Source: Deltaproteobacteria bacterium
GTDB lineage: Bacteria > Myxococcota > Kuafuiibacteriia > Kuafuiibacteriales > Kuafuiibacteriaceae
Direction of reading: 5' to 3'
Length of the DNA stretch: 64,000 nucleotides
Assembly: GCA_040218735.1 (NCBI GenBank)
Contig: JAVJQW010000042.1
Span: 192,001 to 256,000, forward strand
Both the position numbers and the translations under genes were made by a program. Shown piece by piece: positions 18,194 through 31,402 of this stretch (the stretch's first letter is position 1; each line of letters opens with the position of its first letter). The notes beneath the pieces were generated by a model, which saw nothing but the letters and a program-made list of their open reading frames with translations, did no database searches and was not told the DNA's origin.

Positions 18194-19221
18194 CCGCGAG
18201 TCCGCGTCCGCTCTTGGCCATCACCATGGGAGATCCCGCCGGGATTGGCCCGGAGGTGGTCGTGAAGGCGGCGTCGGTCGGGGACGTGCGCGCGTGCGGG
18301 GACCTCGTCGTGTTCGGGGACCGCGCGTTGCTCGAGCGCGTCGCGGCGGACGTGAGCATCTCGATCGAGATCGTGCCCGTCGATTCACCCGAGGAGGCGC
18401 GCGAGCACACCACTTCGAAGACGCTCCCGGTGATCGCGGTGTCCGATCTCGCCGACGACGCGGAGCTCGCTTGGGGCAAGCCGTCGAAGCGCTCCGACGC
18501 CGTGCAGATCCAGTACATCCGCGCGGCGTACGAGGCGGTCGTCTCGGGCGCCGCCGACGCGATCGTCACGGCGCCGATCAGCAAAGCCTCGCTCAAGCGC
18601 GCGGGCGCCGACTTCCCGGGGCACACCGAGATGCTCGCGTCGTGGTGCGGGATCCAAGGGCCGCTGATGATGCTCGCGGGGCCCACGCTGAAGGTCATCC
18701 CGATGACGATCCACGTACCACTGCGGGACGTCGCGTCGTTGCTGACGCAGGAGAAGATCGAGAGCGCGCTGCGTGTGACGGACGAGACGCTCCGTCAGTT
18801 CTTCTGGCGGCGTCGCCCGCGCATCGTGGTCGCCGGCCTCAACCCGCACGCGGGTGAGGGCGGCATGTTCGGCGACGAGGAGCAGCGCATCATCCGGCCG
18901 GCGGTCGAAGCCTGCCGCGAGGAGGGGATCGACGTCGCGGGGCCGTTCCCGGCGGACACGGTCTACCAGCGCACGGTCTCCGGTGAGTTCGACGTCGTGA
19001 TCGGGATGTACCACGACCAGGCACTCATCCCGTTGAAGCTGTTCGACTTCGACCAGGCGGTGAACGTGACGCTCGGCCTTCCGATCATTCGGACGAGCGT
19101 GGACCACGGGACGGCGTACGACATCGCCGGACGTGGTGTCGCCTCCGCGGGGAGCATGATGGCCGCGCTTCGGCTGGCGTCGGAGATGGCCGAGAACCGA
19201 GTCAGGACGCCGAGCGTGTGA
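18190..19221 (+). CDS. pdxA: 4-hydroxythreonine-4-phosphate dehydrogenase
   Basis: ITMGDPAGIGPE, TAPISK, GHTE, GLNPHAGE, MYHDQ, RTSVDHGTAYDIAG; GTGA overlap with the upstream gene. Confidence 0.95.
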   Translation: MTASPRPLLAITMGDPAGIGPEVVVKAASVGDVRACGDLVVFGDRALLERVAADVSISIEIVPVDSPEEAREHTTSKTLPVIAVSDLADDAELAWGKPSKRSDAVQIQYIRAAYEAVVSGAADAIVTAPISKASLKRAGADFPGHTEMLASWCGIQGPLMMLAGPTLKVIPMTIHVPLRDVASLLTQEKIESALRVTDETLRQFFWRRRPRIVVAGLNPHAGEGGMFGDEEQRIIRPAVEACREEGIDVAGPFPADTVYQRTVSGEFDVVIGMYHDQALIPLKLFDFDQAVNVTLGLPIIRTSVDHGTAYDIAGRGVASAGSMMAALRLASEMAENRVRTPSV

Positions 19222-19225
19222 GCCG

Positions 19226-20077
19226 ATGATGCGAGTACGCGCCTTCGTCGCCGTCGTCACGTTCGTTCTCGTGGGCGGCTTCGGCGCGCGTGTCCTCGCG
19301 GCCGACAAGTATGGGCGACTGATCGAAACGCTCGAGCGCGACGAATCCTACAAGGTGCGGATGCAGGCGATCCGCGTGATGTCGAAGTACCTGAAGAAGG
19401 AGAAGGGGCCGCCGCCGGAGCGGGTCCTGGAGTCACTCGGGCTCGCCTCGAACCTGGACGAGAGCTACCTCGTGCGCGGCATGGCGGTCGTCGCGCTCGG
19501 CGTGACGGGCGACCCGCGCGCGCGGGCGTACGTGGACCAGGCGATGAAGGACGACGAGGCGTTCGTCCGCAAGCAGGCGAAGCGCGCGATCGAGCGGCTC
19601 GACGCCGCGAAGCCACCGCCCCCTCCACCGCCCGAGCCTCCGCCGCCCCCTCCGCCGCCGCCCGCGGGCGTGGCGAAGCGGAGCCTGGTGGTCGCGGCGG
19701 CGGACCATCCGAACGTGGAGGCGCCGGCGGAGCTGAAGGACGCGCTGGTGAAGAAGCTGCGCGTCGGGTTCGAGGCGCAGTTCGGCGATCGCTACGCGAT
19801 CGACGACGGCGCGGGCGCGAAGGGCTACCAGCTCACCGGCATCATCGCGGAGCGATCCGTGAAGCCGGAGGGCGCGAAGTTCAGGATCACGATGGTCGTG
19901 CGACTCACGATCGCGACGTGGCCGGAGAATCATCTGAGGGAAGTGCTGTCGGCCAAAGCGAGCGCCACGAGCAGCACCAACAAGGCCTCGGCGATCGGGC
20001 GGCTGGAGACGAAGCTGCTGGACGCTGCGGTGAAGCGCATCGTGAGTGATTCGATCGCGCGGATCGGGGGAGGTTGA
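19226..20077 (+). CDS. Secreted HEAT-repeat protein with polyproline linker
   Basis: Signal peptide; HEAT repeats (YKVRMQAI, YLVRGMAVVALG, FVRKQAKRAI); poly-Pro run. Confidence 0.75.
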   Translation: MMRVRAFVAVVTFVLVGGFGARVLAADKYGRLIETLERDESYKVRMQAIRVMSKYLKKEKGPPPERVLESLGLASNLDESYLVRGMAVVALGVTGDPRARAYVDQAMKDDEAFVRKQAKRAIERLDAAKPPPPPPPEPPPPPPPPPAGVAKRSLVVAAADHPNVEAPAELKDALVKKLRVGFEAQFGDRYAIDDGAGAKGYQLTGIIAERSVKPEGAKFRITMVVRLTIATWPENHLREVLSAKASATSSTNKASAIGRLETKLLDAAVKRIVSDSIARIGGG

Positions 20078-20082
20078 CGAAC

Positions 20083-20661
20083 ATGTCGAACGGACCGCCA
20101 AAGGGGCGCAAACAACGACGCATGACGAATCTTCTGCTGAACCGGAAGTTTCAGCTGAAGTACACGGGCATGATCGTCGGGCTCTCGACGATCATCTCGA
20201 TCGCGCTGGGGTTCTTCTTGGTGGAGAAGATCCGCGAGAACTCGCGGATGCTCCAGCTCGACGCCGAGCTCGACGCCGTCTTCCAGGAGCAGCTCGCTCA
20301 GTCCGATGCGAAGGTGATCGCGTATCTCGTCGGCGCGCTCCTGCTGTTCAACGTGCTGCTGGGCCTCGGGGCCATCTTCGTGACGCACCGGATGGCGGGG
20401 CCGATCTTCGTGTTCCGCAGGTATGTCCGGATGCTCGGCGAAGGGCGGATCCCCCACGTGCGCCGCCTGCGCCGCGGCGACGAGTTCCGGGAGCTGATCG
20501 ACACCGTCCAGACGGCCGCGGAGGCGATCGCGGTGCAGACGCGGGAGGAGATCGAGGTCCTGTCGCGGGTTCAGGAGGCCGTGGCCGGGGGCGACGCGGC
20601 GGTCGCGACCGACCTCGAACGCCTCATCGCGAAGAAGCGGGCGAGTCTCCCGGAAGACTGA
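20083..20661 (+). CDS. Two-TM HAMP-like membrane protein
   Basis: KFQLKY, two TM helices, THRMAGPIF...LRRGDEFREL. Confidence 0.75.
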   Translation: MSNGPPKGRKQRRMTNLLLNRKFQLKYTGMIVGLSTIISIALGFFLVEKIRENSRMLQLDAELDAVFQEQLAQSDAKVIAYLVGALLLFNVLLGLGAIFVTHRMAGPIFVFRRYVRMLGEGRIPHVRRLRRGDEFRELIDTVQTAAEAIAVQTREEIEVLSRVQEAVAGGDAAVATDLERLIAKKRASLPED

Positions 20662-20662
20662 C

Positions 20663-20691
20663 TTGACGCCCTCCGATCACGCGCGTAGGAG
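20663..20691 (+). promoter_or_regulatory. Putative sigma70 promoter of the tRNA
   Basis: TTGACG-N17-TAGGAG about 28 nt upstream of the tRNA; the -10 element is a weak match. Confidence 0.35.
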
Positions 20692-20718
20692 TCGCAATCC
20701 GATCCCGCGGGGGTGCGG

Positions 20719-20791
20719 GGGCCCATAGCTCAGCGGTTAGAGCTGTCGGCTCATAACCGATAGGTCCCTGGTTCGAATCCAGGTGGGCCCA
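20719..20791 (+). tRNA. tRNA with CAT anticodon, most likely tRNA-Ile2 (lysidine-modified); CCA not encoded
   Basis: GGGCCCA/TGGGCCC acceptor stem, TAGCTCAGCGGTTAGAGC D-arm, GTCGG-CTCATAA-CCGAT anticodon arm, GGTTCGAATCC T-arm; lacks initiator features. Confidence 0.92.
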
Positions 20792-20889
20792 ATTTGTGGA
20801 GTGTTCTGCTTGACGAGATGGCGACAGCGCAGGCCTCGACTGAAACCCCCGGCGGGAAACTGCCCGCTCTGACCGGAGGCTCGAATACT

Positions 20890-21618
20890 GTGCGCGAAAA
20901 GCTTCTTCTGCTCTGGGAACTCCAAAAGATCGACGCGGCCGTCTTGGAAATCGAGAAAGGCGCCGAGACCATACCGAAGAAGATTCGCGAGATCGAAGAC
21001 GGTCTCGACGTCCATCGGGCGGAGCTCGGGACGCTGAACACCGAGGCCGACGCGCTTCGCCAGGAGGCGCGCGACATCGAGGCGCACTCCAGCGAGGAGT
21101 CGCAGAAGCACCGCAAGTGGAAGACGCGCCTGAACGACATCAAGTCGCCGCGCGAGTACCAGGCCCTGTCGCGGGAGCTCGAGCTCGGTGAGCGTCAGAT
21201 CCGGGACGCCGACGAGAAGGCGCTCGGGCTGATGCAGGAGATCGAGGACAAGCAGAAGGTCATCGACGACAAGTCGGGCGACCTGAAGTCCCTCGAAGCC
21301 GACGTCCGCGGGAAGGTCCGCGAGCTCCGCGAGGCGCACAACCGGCTCCGCGAGGACGCCGAGGCCGCCAAGACCGGCCGCGACGCCGTCCTCGAGAAGA
21401 TGACGTCGGGCATGAAGAAGAAGTACGACCGCGTCGCGCAGTACACCGGCGGCATCGCGGTCGCGAAGGTCTCGGACGGGACCTGCATGGGCTGCAACAT
21501 GCGCCTGCGTGCCCAGCACGTCGTCGAGATCCAGCGCTACGACTCGATCGAGACCTGCCCGAACTGCCAGCGGATCCTCGTGCACGAGGACCTCGTGAAG
21601 TCGGCCGAGCTCGAGTAA
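20890..21618 (+). CDS. Coiled-coil protein with C4-type zinc ribbon (DUF164 / HP0958-CT398 family)
   Basis: LWELQKID, REYQAL, CMGCNM...CPNCQRIL; start may be further upstream. Confidence 0.88.
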   Translation: MREKLLLLWELQKIDAAVLEIEKGAETIPKKIREIEDGLDVHRAELGTLNTEADALRQEARDIEAHSSEESQKHRKWKTRLNDIKSPREYQALSRELELGERQIRDADEKALGLMQEIEDKQKVIDDKSGDLKSLEADVRGKVRELREAHNRLREDAEAAKTGRDAVLEKMTSGMKKKYDRVAQYTGGIAVAKVSDGTCMGCNMRLRAQHVVEIQRYDSIETCPNCQRILVHEDLVKSAELE

Positions 21619-21669
21619 GGCGGCCGTCACACTCGCCCTCGCCGAGGGCCCCCGCTACAATCCCGCTCG

Positions 21670-24225
21670 ATGCGCGCCAGCTTCGTCGCCGGCACGGCTC
21701 TGTTGCTGATCGCCTGCGGTGGCGATGGCGACTCCTTGGCCGTTCCCAGTGAGGTGGACGCGCTCGCGACCTTGGTCGTGACCGAACGGCCCGATAGCAC
21801 GGTGGTCGTCACGGCGGTCGAGGGGGGCGCGGTCAGTCAGCTGTTGATCCCCCTGGACGTCGAACAGACGGTCTGGGTGCTGCACTACCAGCGCACGCTG
21901 GCCGAGCTGCAGATCGAGCCAGGCTTCGTGCCGCGCGCCGCGCCGGGTGAACCGTCGCGGCCGCTCCCCGAATTCGACCTCGGTCGACGCGCCGTGGTGG
22001 CGGACGGGACCTCGCTCGGGTTCGAGGAGGTCACGGAGCTCGCGGACGGCGCTGCGGCGTTTCGCATCGCGGCGATCGGCGGCCTGGCGTGCGCGGACAG
22101 TGGGGGGTGCTTGGTCGGCGACACCTGCGAGACCCCGTGTACGAACACCCCCCCGTTGTATCCCGATCGCGTCGCGCTCCCGGCGTCCACGACGCCGCCG
22201 ATCTGGGCGGAGTGCCCGACCGGGTTCGTCGCCTACGACGCCGCCGGTGTTCAGGCGTGTGCGCCGCCGGCGCGGGTGTTCTGCAGCGACGAGGAGGTCC
22301 AATGGATCGACGCGGAGGCCTGTGCGCCGATCGTCGCCTGTCCTGCGGGGCCCTGGCCCGACCCGCTCCCTGCGAACGCGCGCTGGTTCGTGCAGGCGGG
22401 GGCGACGGGCGGCGACGGATCGATGGGCGCTCCGTTTGCGACGCTCGACGCGGCGGTCGCCGCCGCGGCGGACGGCGACGTGGTCGTGGTCGCGCAGGGG
22501 GACCACGCGATCGCCGACGCGCTCGCGACGCCGCTGACGATCGTCGGCGCGTGCCCGTCCGGCACGACGCTCACGGCGGGCGGCACACTCGACATCACCG
22601 CGGAGGTGACGCTGGCGAACCTCCGCCTGGAGGCGGCCGACGTGCGGACGACGGCGCCGCTGCGTCTCGACGCGGTGATCGCTCGAGCCGGTGAGATCTA
22701 CGTGGCAACGACCGCCGGCCTTCAGACGGATCGCACGCGCATCATCGGGCGGGTCGACGCCGACGGGCCGATCGGGCTCGAGCGAACGATCGTCGGAGGT
22801 GGCACGCGGTTCGGTGTCCACGTGTACGCGACGACCGGGACGCTCACCGACGTCGTGTTGGAGGGCGTCGCGTTGCACACCAATGACGAAGACGGCCGTG
22901 GCCCCGGGCTTCGGGTTCGGGCGGGAGCGGTGGTGACGGGGGAGCGGGTCTTCGTCACGCGGACGTCGGCGTACGGAGTTCAGAACGATGCGGCGTCGCT
23001 CGAGCTCACCGACCTCGTGGTGCGCGCGACACGTCCGCGCGGAGATGGTGAGGGAGGCATCGGCGTGTACGGGACGAACAGCTCCACGACCACGCTCGAC
23101 CACGCGATCGTCGAAGATAGCCTCACGATCGGTGTGTACGTCCGCAACGGAGCGCACGTGGTGCTGCGCGACGTCGTTGTGCACGGGACACGCGCACGTC
23201 CGATGAACGACCTCGACGGCGAGGGGTTAACGGTGTTCAGCGAGGCGAGCGCTTCGGGAGAGCGCGTCTGGCTGGCGGACAACCAGCACGTCGGGCTGTT
23301 GATGCGCGGGACGACGGTCGAGCTGTCCGATCTCACGGTGATCGACACCCTCGGGCGCGCGACGGACGACAAGAGCGGAGAGGGGATCATCGTGGAGGAC
23401 GGTGCGTTCCTTACGTTGATCCGCGCGGACGTCGCGCGGAACCGCGACACCGGGATCGTCGCGGTGCGTGACTCGCGGATCGTCGCCGAGGACGTGGTGG
23501 TGCGCGAGACGATGCCGAGCCCGGACGGACGCATCGGCGACGGCTTTCGTCTGACGACGGGGGCGTTCGCGAACGTGCAGCGGCTGCAGGCGACCGACAA
23601 CCACTTCGCCGGTGTCCTCCTCCGCGAGGACGCGATGGCCACGATGACCGACGTGACCATCTCGGGCACGAAGAGCCCGGGGCCGGATTCACTCGCACCG
23701 AAGAGCCTGTTCGTCGACGAGGGGTCCACGGCTCGCGTGGATCGTATCGAGGTGTTCGACGGCGAGGGGCACTGCATCGACGTCCGCGACGGCGCGAACG
23801 CGACGCTCTTCAGCGTCGACGTGCAGCGCTGCGAGCTCGTCGGCCTCAGTGTCGGCAACGGATCCACTGTAGACGTCGACCGCGCGCTCTTCGCCGACAG
23901 CGGTCCGGAGAACGTCGCGGTCCGCGTCGGGGCGGTGGTCAGCCTGCAGAACGTGAGGGTCGAAGGCGCGCGCATGGCCGCCGGCATCGTGCCGACCGGG
24001 GTGCTGGTCGAGCCCGAGGCGCGGTTGCGGATGGAGAAGTTCGAGCTGGTCGACAACGAGGGGGTCGGCCTCCTCATCCGTACGCTCGCGGACGCGGACG
24101 TCAGCGACGGGGCGATCCGCGAACACTCCACCGGGATCCTCCTCGGCGATCCCGAGTACGACGTCGCCCGGGTCCTGGAGCGCGTCGCGTTCTCGGACAA
24201 CTTTGCGAACGTGACCCTGCCATGA
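21670..24225 (+). CDS. Lipoprotein with Cys-rich segment and right-handed parallel beta-helix repeats
   Basis: Lipobox LLIAC; GDGSMGAPFATLDAAV (DUF1565-like); repeated beta-helix turns (xGxGI/L..V..xA..L.DVVV..T). Confidence 0.8.
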   Translation: MRASFVAGTALLLIACGGDGDSLAVPSEVDALATLVVTERPDSTVVVTAVEGGAVSQLLIPLDVEQTVWVLHYQRTLAELQIEPGFVPRAAPGEPSRPLPEFDLGRRAVVADGTSLGFEEVTELADGAAAFRIAAIGGLACADSGGCLVGDTCETPCTNTPPLYPDRVALPASTTPPIWAECPTGFVAYDAAGVQACAPPARVFCSDEEVQWIDAEACAPIVACPAGPWPDPLPANARWFVQAGATGGDGSMGAPFATLDAAVAAAADGDVVVVAQGDHAIADALATPLTIVGACPSGTTLTAGGTLDITAEVTLANLRLEAADVRTTAPLRLDAVIARAGEIYVATTAGLQTDRTRIIGRVDADGPIGLERTIVGGGTRFGVHVYATTGTLTDVVLEGVALHTNDEDGRGPGLRVRAGAVVTGERVFVTRTSAYGVQNDAASLELTDLVVRATRPRGDGEGGIGVYGTNSSTTTLDHAIVEDSLTIGVYVRNGAHVVLRDVVVHGTRARPMNDLDGEGLTVFSEASASGERVWLADNQHVGLLMRGTTVELSDLTVIDTLGRATDDKSGEGIIVEDGAFLTLIRADVARNRDTGIVAVRDSRIVAEDVVVRETMPSPDGRIGDGFRLTTGAFANVQRLQATDNHFAGVLLREDAMATMTDVTISGTKSPGPDSLAPKSLFVDEGSTARVDRIEVFDGEGHCIDVRDGANATLFSVDVQRCELVGLSVGNGSTVDVDRALFADSGPENVAVRVGAVVSLQNVRVEGARMAAGIVPTGVLVEPEARLRMEKFELVDNEGVGLLIRTLADADVSDGAIREHSTGILLGDPEYDVARVLERVAFSDNFANVTLP

Positions 24226-24245
24226 CATAGTCTCGCCCGAAATCA

Positions 24246-24328
24246 ATCGCCGACGGGGTGGTGCCAGGTGGCGCCTGAGAGAGTCCCGCGAACCTGATCC
24301 GGATAATGCCGGCGGAGGAATTGGCGAT
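24246..24328 (+). promoter_or_regulatory. TPP (thi-box) riboswitch
   Basis: GGGGTG...CTGAGA...CCC..GAACCTGATCCGGATAATGCCGGCGGAGGAA; P1 ATCGCCGA/TTGGCGAT; directly upstream of the thi operon. Confidence 0.92.
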
Positions 24329-24938
24329 GCGGAAACTACCGCGTCTTCACGTCATCACGGACGAAGTCCTACAAACCCAATTCGATCACGTCACCCTCGC
24401 GCGCCTCGCGTTCGAGGGCGGTGCGGGTGCCGTGCAGCTTCGTGAGAAGCGCCCGCGTTCGACGCGTGCGTTGATCGAGATCGCGGTGGCTGCACGCCGT
24501 GACGACCGGGTCGTCATCATCGACGACCGCACCGACGTCGCGGCCGCCGCCGGTGTCGGCGTACACGTCGGCGCCGAAGATCTTCCGGTGTCGGTCGCGC
24601 GCCGCTTGCTGGGCCCGGACGCCATCGTCGGCTTCTCCACCCGCACCGTGGAGGGGGCGCGCGCCGTCACGGACGTCGACTACATCGGCGTCGGACCGGT
24701 GTACGGCACACGCTCGAAGCCCGGCCTGACCACCCCCCTCGGGTTGGAGATGCTGGCTCGGATCGTTCGTGTATCGCCGGTGCCGGTGATCGCGATCGGC
24801 GGCATCACCGCGGAGCACGTGCCCGAGGTCCTCGCGACCGGCGCCTACGGCGTCGCGGCGATCTCCGCGATCGTCTGCGCGCAGGATCCGGCGGCCGCGA
24901 CCGCGAAGTTCGTCGAGGCGATCGAAGGCGCTTCGTGA
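24327..24938 (+). CDS. thiE: Thiamine-phosphate synthase
   Basis: VQLREK, IIDDRTD, GVHVG.ED, GPVYGTRSK, IAIGGIT. Confidence 0.92.
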   Translation: MRKLPRLHVITDEVLQTQFDHVTLARLAFEGGAGAVQLREKRPRSTRALIEIAVAARRDDRVVIIDDRTDVAAAAGVGVHVGAEDLPVSVARRLLGPDAIVGFSTRTVEGARAVTDVDYIGVGPVYGTRSKPGLTTPLGLEMLARIVRVSPVPVIAIGGITAEHVPEVLATGAYGVAAISAIVCAQDPAAATAKFVEAIEGAS

Positions 24939-25926
24939 GCCGCGACGTCACCGTCGTTGGCGACGGAATCATCGGCCTCGCGATCGCGAACGAGGCCCTC
25001 GACCGCGGGTGGGCCGTGACCCTCGTCGGCGAGGCACGTCCGGGCGCCGCGTCGAATGCGGCGGCCGGGATGCTCGCCCCGTTCGCCGAGGACGAGGTCG
25101 GCGCCGACGCGCTGGCGCCGCTGATGAACGCGAGCCTGGAGATGTACCCGGCGTGGCTCGCGCGTGTGGCGCCGCAAGTCAGGTTGCAGTCGCAGGGGAG
25201 TCTGTTCCTCGCGCGCGATCGCGATCGGTTGGTGCAGCTGCGTCACGAGGAGCGGCGACGTCGCGAGGGTGGCGCAGGATCGGGTGCACGTTGGCTCGAC
25301 CGCGACGCGCTCTTCGACGCCGAGCCCGCGTTGTCACCGCGGATGCTCGGCGGGTTCGTCGTCGAGCGCGAGCGCGCGGTGGACCCGCGGCGGCTGCGGG
25401 TGGCGCTCCGCGAACGCTTCGAGGCGCTGCGCGGTCGTGCGGCGGTCGGTGGTGTCACCGTGCGCGCCTGCGGAGCGTGGACCGATCCGTGGGTGCGTCC
25501 GGTACGCGGGCAGGCGCTCCTGTTGTCCGGCGCACCGCTGCTGTCGCACGTGATCCGCACGCCTGACGTGTACTTCGTGCCGCGGGGCGAGCAGCTCTAC
25601 GTCGGCGCCACGAGCGAAGAGAAGGCGTTCGATGTTCGCCCGACGGCGGGGGAGACGCTCGAGCTGTTGCGCGAGGCGTTTCGGCTGGTGCCGGGGATCG
25701 CGGAGCTGGCGTTGGACGAGGTGCTCGTCGGTTTCCGGCCCGCGACCCGCGATCACCTCCCGGTGATCGGACACGTCGCGCCGGAGGAGATCGTCGCGTC
25801 GGGTCACTACCGAAACGGCGTCCTGCTCGCGCCGATCACGGCGCGGCTCGTCGCGGATCTCATCGAGACCGGGGAGGTGCCCGCGTTGGCGCGGTTCGAT
25901 CCCCGGCGTTTTGGAGGGTTGAAGTC

Positions 25927-25930
<4 letters not shown>
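24935..25930 (+). CDS. thiO: Glycine oxidase
   Basis: GDGIIG, ASNAAAGMLAP, RPVRGQ, GFRPAT, GHYRNGVLLAP; operon context. Confidence 0.88.
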
Positions 25931-29403
<3,473 letters not shown>

Positions 29404-29488
29404 TGTGTTCCAAACGTTAGCAGAACCGCCGGAGAATGAGTCAACGATCGGCGACTGGGCGCCGAGAATGATCTTGGAAGGTGGTTGC

Positions 29489-29962
29489 ATGAAGCAGGTG
29501 ATTTGGACCCTCGGTACCCTCACGGTGATTCTGACGGGGACGATTGCCTGCAGCCCGAGCGGTGCGCGCGTCGACGGTCTCGACTTCGTCGCGCGCGACG
29601 CCCTGTACGTGCAGGTCGAGGACACGCGTAAGCCAGGTGAAAAGAACTTGGTGCTGATCGTGTCGGACGTCGACGACCTCTGCGACCACGCCAACCGCGG
29701 CGACTCGTTCGCCGGCCGCGCGAAGCTCGAGATCGTGCACCGGTACACCGGCTCCGTACGCTTCCAGTTCATGAAGTTCGACGACGACTGCTCGGTGATG
29801 CACCACGAGGACACCGGGCAGGGGTGGATCGAGACGGGTGATCTCGGCGGTCGTCACATCGACGCGAGCTTCACGTTCGTTGGCGGTGAGACAAACGTCA
29901 CGGGTGAGCTGACGGCGCGCAGCTGCACCGTTCCCGACGGCTTCTTCCACGCCTGTAAGTAG
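29489..29962 (+). CDS. Hypothetical lipoprotein
   Basis: Signal peptide ending TIAC; GGAAGGT RBS; host-like codon usage. Confidence 0.65.
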   Translation: MKQVIWTLGTLTVILTGTIACSPSGARVDGLDFVARDALYVQVEDTRKPGEKNLVLIVSDVDDLCDHANRGDSFAGRAKLEIVHRYTGSVRFQFMKFDDDCSVMHHEDTGQGWIETGDLGGRHIDASFTFVGGETNVTGELTARSCTVPDGFFHACK

Positions 29963-29976
29963 GTGATAGTCGCGCC

Positions 29977-30309
29977 ATGACGCGTCTCTTCCTCGCCGCG
30001 CTCGCGGCGACGTTTCTCTGTTTCTCGGCTACGCCGGTGTTCGCCAAGTCGAAGGTGAACAAGGGCAGCTGCTCGCTGAAGGGCAAGAAGCTCTTCGGCA
30101 AGGTGAAGATCGTGAAGCACCACGCCGACCTGAAGGTGAAGGTCGTGAAGCACCACCCAGACCTCAAGGTGAAGAAGGTGAAGAACTTCCCGAACAAGTG
30201 CGGGAAGTGGAAGATCGTCGAGCACCACGCCGACTTCAAGATCAAGCTGGTGGATCACCACGCCGATCTGAAGGTGAAGTGGGTGAACAACTTCCCGGGC
30301 GTGCCGTAG
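29977..30309 (+). CDS. Small secreted Lys/His-rich internal-repeat protein
   Basis: Signal peptide; repeats V..HH(A/P)D(L/F)KVK; two Cys in the mature part. Confidence 0.8.
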   Translation: MTRLFLAALAATFLCFSATPVFAKSKVNKGSCSLKGKKLFGKVKIVKHHADLKVKVVKHHPDLKVKKVKNFPNKCGKWKIVEHHADFKIKLVDHHADLKVKWVNNFPGVP

Positions 30310-30312
30310 CTG

Positions 30313-31299
30313 CTACTTCGCCGTTCGAGTTTGGTTACGACCGTTCTCCTTGGCCTCGTAGAGCGCAGCGTCGGCGCGGCCCAACACGGAGGCGAGGTCT
30401 TCGTCGTCTTCCGTCGCCGTCGCGATCCCGAGGCTGACCGTGATCGAGAAGCTCACGTCGTCGACGTCGATCGCATCGGCTGCCACGGCTCGGCGGATAC
30501 GTTCGGCGACGACGAACGCGCCCTCCGGGCCCGTGCGAGGGAGTAGCAGTACGAACTCCTCGCCGCCGAGTCGCGACACTTCTCCCTCGGCCGTTCGGAG
30601 GAGATCTGCGGTGCGGCCGATGTCGTCGGTTAGGCGCAAGTCACGTTGCGCCCGCTCCACCACGGTCTGAATCGCGACGTCGCCGGCGTGATGTCCCCAC
30701 GTGTCGTTCACCCGCTTGAAGTGGTCGATGTCGAGGATCACCAAGCTCAGGGGTTCTTCGAGTTCTTGTGCGGCGACGAATGCCTCAGCGCCCCGCTGTT
30801 CGAATGTGCGCCGATTGAACGCGCCAGTGAGGGAGTCCGTCGTCGCGAGTAGCTCGAGCCTTCGGGCTTGTTCCTTCAACTTGGTGACGTCGTGGACCAG
30901 GACCTGGACCACGGGGGTGCCGTCCCAGGGTAGCGAACCGATGATGACCTCGGCCGTGAAGGGTGTTCCGTCCGCGGAGCTCATGAGCACCTCATCGATT
31001 CGGCGGGGTTCCGTTTCGTTGAACGCCGCGGAGAACGCCTTGGCGACGGGATCGCGTGCGGACTCGTCGACGAAGTCGAGGAAGTGCTGGCCCACGAGGT
31101 TGGTGGACGCGTGCCCCAGCATTCGTGCGATCTGCTGATTCGCATAGAGCGCACCCTGCACCTGGTGGATGAACAGACCGACCGGTAGCAGGTCGAGGAG
31201 CGCGCCCATGCGCTCCTGCGTGTCGATGAGCGAAGCCTGCGTCTGCGCCGCGCTGCGTTCCGTTTCGGTGTCGTCGATGAAGAACACTTCGGCGGACAT
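30313..31299 (-). CDS. PAS-GGDEF diguanylate cyclase
   Basis: PAS region; TDSLTGAFNRR, DIDHFKRVNDTWGHHAGD, RLGGEEF, ADAALYEAK. Confidence 0.92.
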   Translation of the reverse strand: MSAEVFFIDDTETERSAAQTQASLIDTQERMGALLDLLPVGLFIHQVQGALYANQQIARMLGHASTNLVGQHFLDFVDESARDPVAKAFSAAFNETEPRRIDEVLMSSADGTPFTAEVIIGSLPWDGTPVVQVLVHDVTKLKEQARRLELLATTDSLTGAFNRRTFEQRGAEAFVAAQELEEPLSLVILDIDHFKRVNDTWGHHAGDVAIQTVVERAQRDLRLTDDIGRTADLLRTAEGEVSRLGGEEFVLLLPRTGPEGAFVVAERIRRAVAADAIDVDDVSFSITVSLGIATATEDDEDLASVLGRADAALYEAKENGRNQTRTAK

Positions 31300-31402
31300 C
31301 GGTCCTGTCTCCATCGGCGCTCGATGTCCGTCTGCAAGGGCCGCGGATCGCGGTGTCTCGTCGCGAACCACTTCGCCGTGTCTCAGGGGATGGGGCGGCA
31401 GC

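Noticed and set aside
19610-19665. CCG/CCA-rich run
   Set aside because: It simply encodes a polyproline linker; mixed codons argue against a slippage repeat.
20719-20791. tRNA as an integration site for the downstream region
   Set aside because: No duplicated tRNA 3' end and no integrase seen; downstream genes have host-like composition.
20719-20791. Assignment as initiator tRNA-fMet
   Set aside because: It has a paired G1-C72 and lacks the three consecutive G-C pairs in the anticodon stem; Ile2 is favoured, though elongator Met is not formally excluded.
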